Part shown: one piece after another, positions 46,533 to 48,320 of the stretch
Layout: each line of letters opens with the position of its first letter
How positions within the stretch are numbered: the stretch's first letter is position 1
Notes under the pieces: model-generated
Database searches by the model: none
What the model was told of the DNA's origin: nothing
The model's input: only the letters and a program-made list of their open reading frames with translations
Program-made: the position numbers and the translations under genes
Origin: Gemmatimonadota bacterium
GTDB lineage: Bacteria; Gemmatimonadota; Gemmatimonadetes; Palauibacterales; KS3-K002
Direction of reading: 5' to 3'
DNA length: 48,320 nt
Assembly: GCA_039586795.1 (NCBI GenBank)
Contig: JBDHJS010000028.1
Coordinates: 1 to 48,320, forward strand

Positions 46533-46703
46533 ATGTTCTTGAAGCATCGGATGCGGGCCTTCCAAGGCGCGTTCCATTCGAACCCGGACTACGCGCTCTG
46601 GTACGGGTGGAGCGAGATGGTTCGTGACCTGGCCGAGTTGAAGGAGATGGCCGAAGATCTTCGCCACCATGCCGACATGCAACACGAGGAGGGCATGAAC
46701 TAG
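46533..46703 (+). pseudogene. C-terminal remnant of an HAO-family multiheme cytochrome c
   Basis: MFLKHRMRAFQGAFHSNPDYALWYGWSEMVRDLAELKEMAEDLR resembles the C-terminal helices of HAO-like multiheme cytochromes; no CxxCH motif or signal peptide upstream. Confidence 0.6.
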
Positions 46704-46938
46704 GCGAGCTGGCATGGGGGGACTTCGAAGCTCGTCGGCGCCCCAAACGTCGGCGGGCTTGCCCATTTTGCCGGCATAGCTATACCTTGCTAGACCCTAG
46801 CCCGGGCCGTTCTTCTAACGGAGTTACATATCTGACTTCGATGTTGCCGGGACGCGGAAGCGTCCCGTTTCCGGTTTGTAGTCAGCCGTGCCCCAACCAG
46901 GTCCGCACCCGCGGACCGTGCGACCAGGAGGAGACTTG

Positions 46939-48066
46939 ATGAGTTTCAAATTGGCAAAACTGACAGGAATTCTGACGCTGGCGTTTACAGTGTCGTTCCT
47001 GGCAGCGTGTGATGACGTGAACGATGCCCAGCAGCGGCAGCAGGCTGGAGAGCTCGCCAACCAGACGAGCGAAGTCGTCGATAGCGTCATCGATGAGTTC
47101 TTCAACGACAACGAAGCGCTGAACTCACTCGACGGACTGGGTAGTTTCATCGCCGGGATCACAGGCTCGGGTCCTCTCGCACCGTTCAGCGCCTCCCCGA
47201 CCCTTGATGTGTGGGGCTCGGAGCGGCAAATGGCGAAGACCCACGAGGCGCTTCTCGAGCAGCTCGGTCGGCGCCATGCCGGTGATCTGTACGTCACGAA
47301 CATCCCGTCGGCGCTGCTAGGCGCGACCTGCATCTGGGATCCAAACCTGCAGGGTGGACCTGGATACGTCGACGATCCCAGCCTGACGGGCGCTCCGGCC
47401 AACGGCATTCGGTTCCGTCTCTATACGATCGACCCGACTGATTTCTTGCCGGTGGAACCGCTGGACGACATCGGCTACATCGACATCATCGATCTCAGCG
47501 GTACGAGCACTCTGGATGTCGACGTGCTGGCCAACGTCGGTGGTACGCCGCTGCTCGATTACGGCGTGACCGGTAGCGACGACGGACAGGGGAATTCCAA
47601 CCTCAACATGTCGGGCTTCGTCTCGAACGGTACGGATCAGCTCAACTTCAGCCTTACCGCGAGCGGTACAACCGCGGGTGCCTTCACGATCGCCTATGAT
47701 ATCGATTTCGGGCCGATCAGCGTTTCCTATAACTCGTCGTACGACGCCAGCACCGAGAACTCCTCGAATACGTGGGTGATCAACGACGATCTGGAGGACT
47801 TCGAGATCCGAATCGTCCTCAACCTCAATGAATCGACCGGCAATCTCAACACGGGCAGCGGGGTTTGGTTCAACGACACTCAGGTCGCCGAGTTCCAGGG
47901 CTCGAACTTCGACTTCACCCTGGTTCCCACAGAGGATAGCCCGTTGACCAATCAGGATCTGGCACTCCTGACGGTGGCGGCGTTTGCGCTCGAGTTCGAA
48001 CTGCTGTTCGTTCTCGAGGAGCTGTTCTTCTTCGCCGTCTCGCTGACCAGTGGCGGAGTCGGCTAG
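46939..48066 (+). CDS. Acidic hypothetical lipoprotein
   Basis: AGGAGG RBS; lipobox LAAC; GAPANGIRFRLY...IGYID motif; Asp/Asn/Ser-rich beta region. Confidence 0.8.
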   Translation: MSFKLAKLTGILTLAFTVSFLAACDDVNDAQQRQQAGELANQTSEVVDSVIDEFFNDNEALNSLDGLGSFIAGITGSGPLAPFSASPTLDVWGSERQMAKTHEALLEQLGRRHAGDLYVTNIPSALLGATCIWDPNLQGGPGYVDDPSLTGAPANGIRFRLYTIDPTDFLPVEPLDDIGYIDIIDLSGTSTLDVDVLANVGGTPLLDYGVTGSDDGQGNSNLNMSGFVSNGTDQLNFSLTASGTTAGAFTIAYDIDFGPISVSYNSSYDASTENSSNTWVINDDLEDFEIRIVLNLNESTGNLNTGSGVWFNDTQVAEFQGSNFDFTLVPTEDSPLTNQDLALLTVAAFALEFELLFVLEELFFFAVSLTSGGVG

Positions 48067-48097
48067 ACCGTAGCTGGATTCTTATAGTACGAATTGC

Positions 48098-48130
48098 GCG
48101 GGCGGCCTTTCCTGGCCGCCCGCGTTGCTT
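48098..48130 (+). terminator. Intrinsic terminator
   Basis: GCGGGCGGCC / GGCCGCCCGC stem followed by GTTGCTT. Confidence 0.65.
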
Positions 48131-48231
48131 ATTGTCGGTCCAGTCGCTCCAGCCCCATTGACGAAACCTTTGCTACGTGAAAGAGTTGTCTAAGTGGCGC
48201 CACCACGCTCTCAGTGAAAGGGTATCCATTC

Positions 48232-48320
48232 ATGGCCGATACATTCGGAAGTCATGGTACGCTCACCGTCGGGGGGTCGGAGTACCGGATCGCTCGCCTC
48301 GAGGCCCTGGAGAAGGCCGG
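48232..48320 (+). CDS. acnA: Aconitate hydratase A, N-terminal fragment (3' truncated by window)
   Basis: MADTFGSHGTLTVGGSEYRIARLEALEKA resembles AcnA N-termini; only 29 codons visible. Confidence 0.6.
   Translation, partial: MADTFGSHGTLTVGGSEYRIARLEALEKA

Noticed and set aside
1..48320. tRNA, rRNA, IS elements, integrases, prophage or defence systems
   Set aside because: No recognisable motifs seen by eye; tRNAscan-SE, ISEScan and DefenseFinder would be needed to exclude them formally

Overview
A GC-rich bacterial chromosomal segment (roughly 60-65% GC by eye). It is probably Gemmatimonadota, inferred from the style of the Ser/Thr kinase, ADOP permease, TolB-like/TPR protein and CspA. It carries about 40 genes, mostly accessory or housekeeping: secreted hydrolases and peptidases, methyltransferases, transporters, lipoproteins, a GMC oxidoreductase, a diheme cytochrome-TPR fusion, a beta-CASP nuclease and the start of acnA. 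I found no rRNA, tRNA, CRISPR array, transposase or phage gene. The most unusual part is a sigma-54 signalling island (about 6.8-12.6 kb). It has an enhancer-binding protein with a pseudo-receiver domain and a GAFTDA motif, an HD-GYP protein lacking GYP, a lipoprotein, a TPR protein and several -24/-12 promoters. Two of these promoters flank a highly structured ~230-nt segment with 41-bp-phased repeats (candidate sRNA or enhancer array). Other signals: a promoter-plus-terminator attenuator in the cspA leader, three orphan 3'-end gene remnants (ABC substrate-binding protein, histidine kinase, HAO-like multiheme cytochrome), and intergenic inverted repeats built from heptamers. All family calls come from motif recognition by eye, not from database searches.
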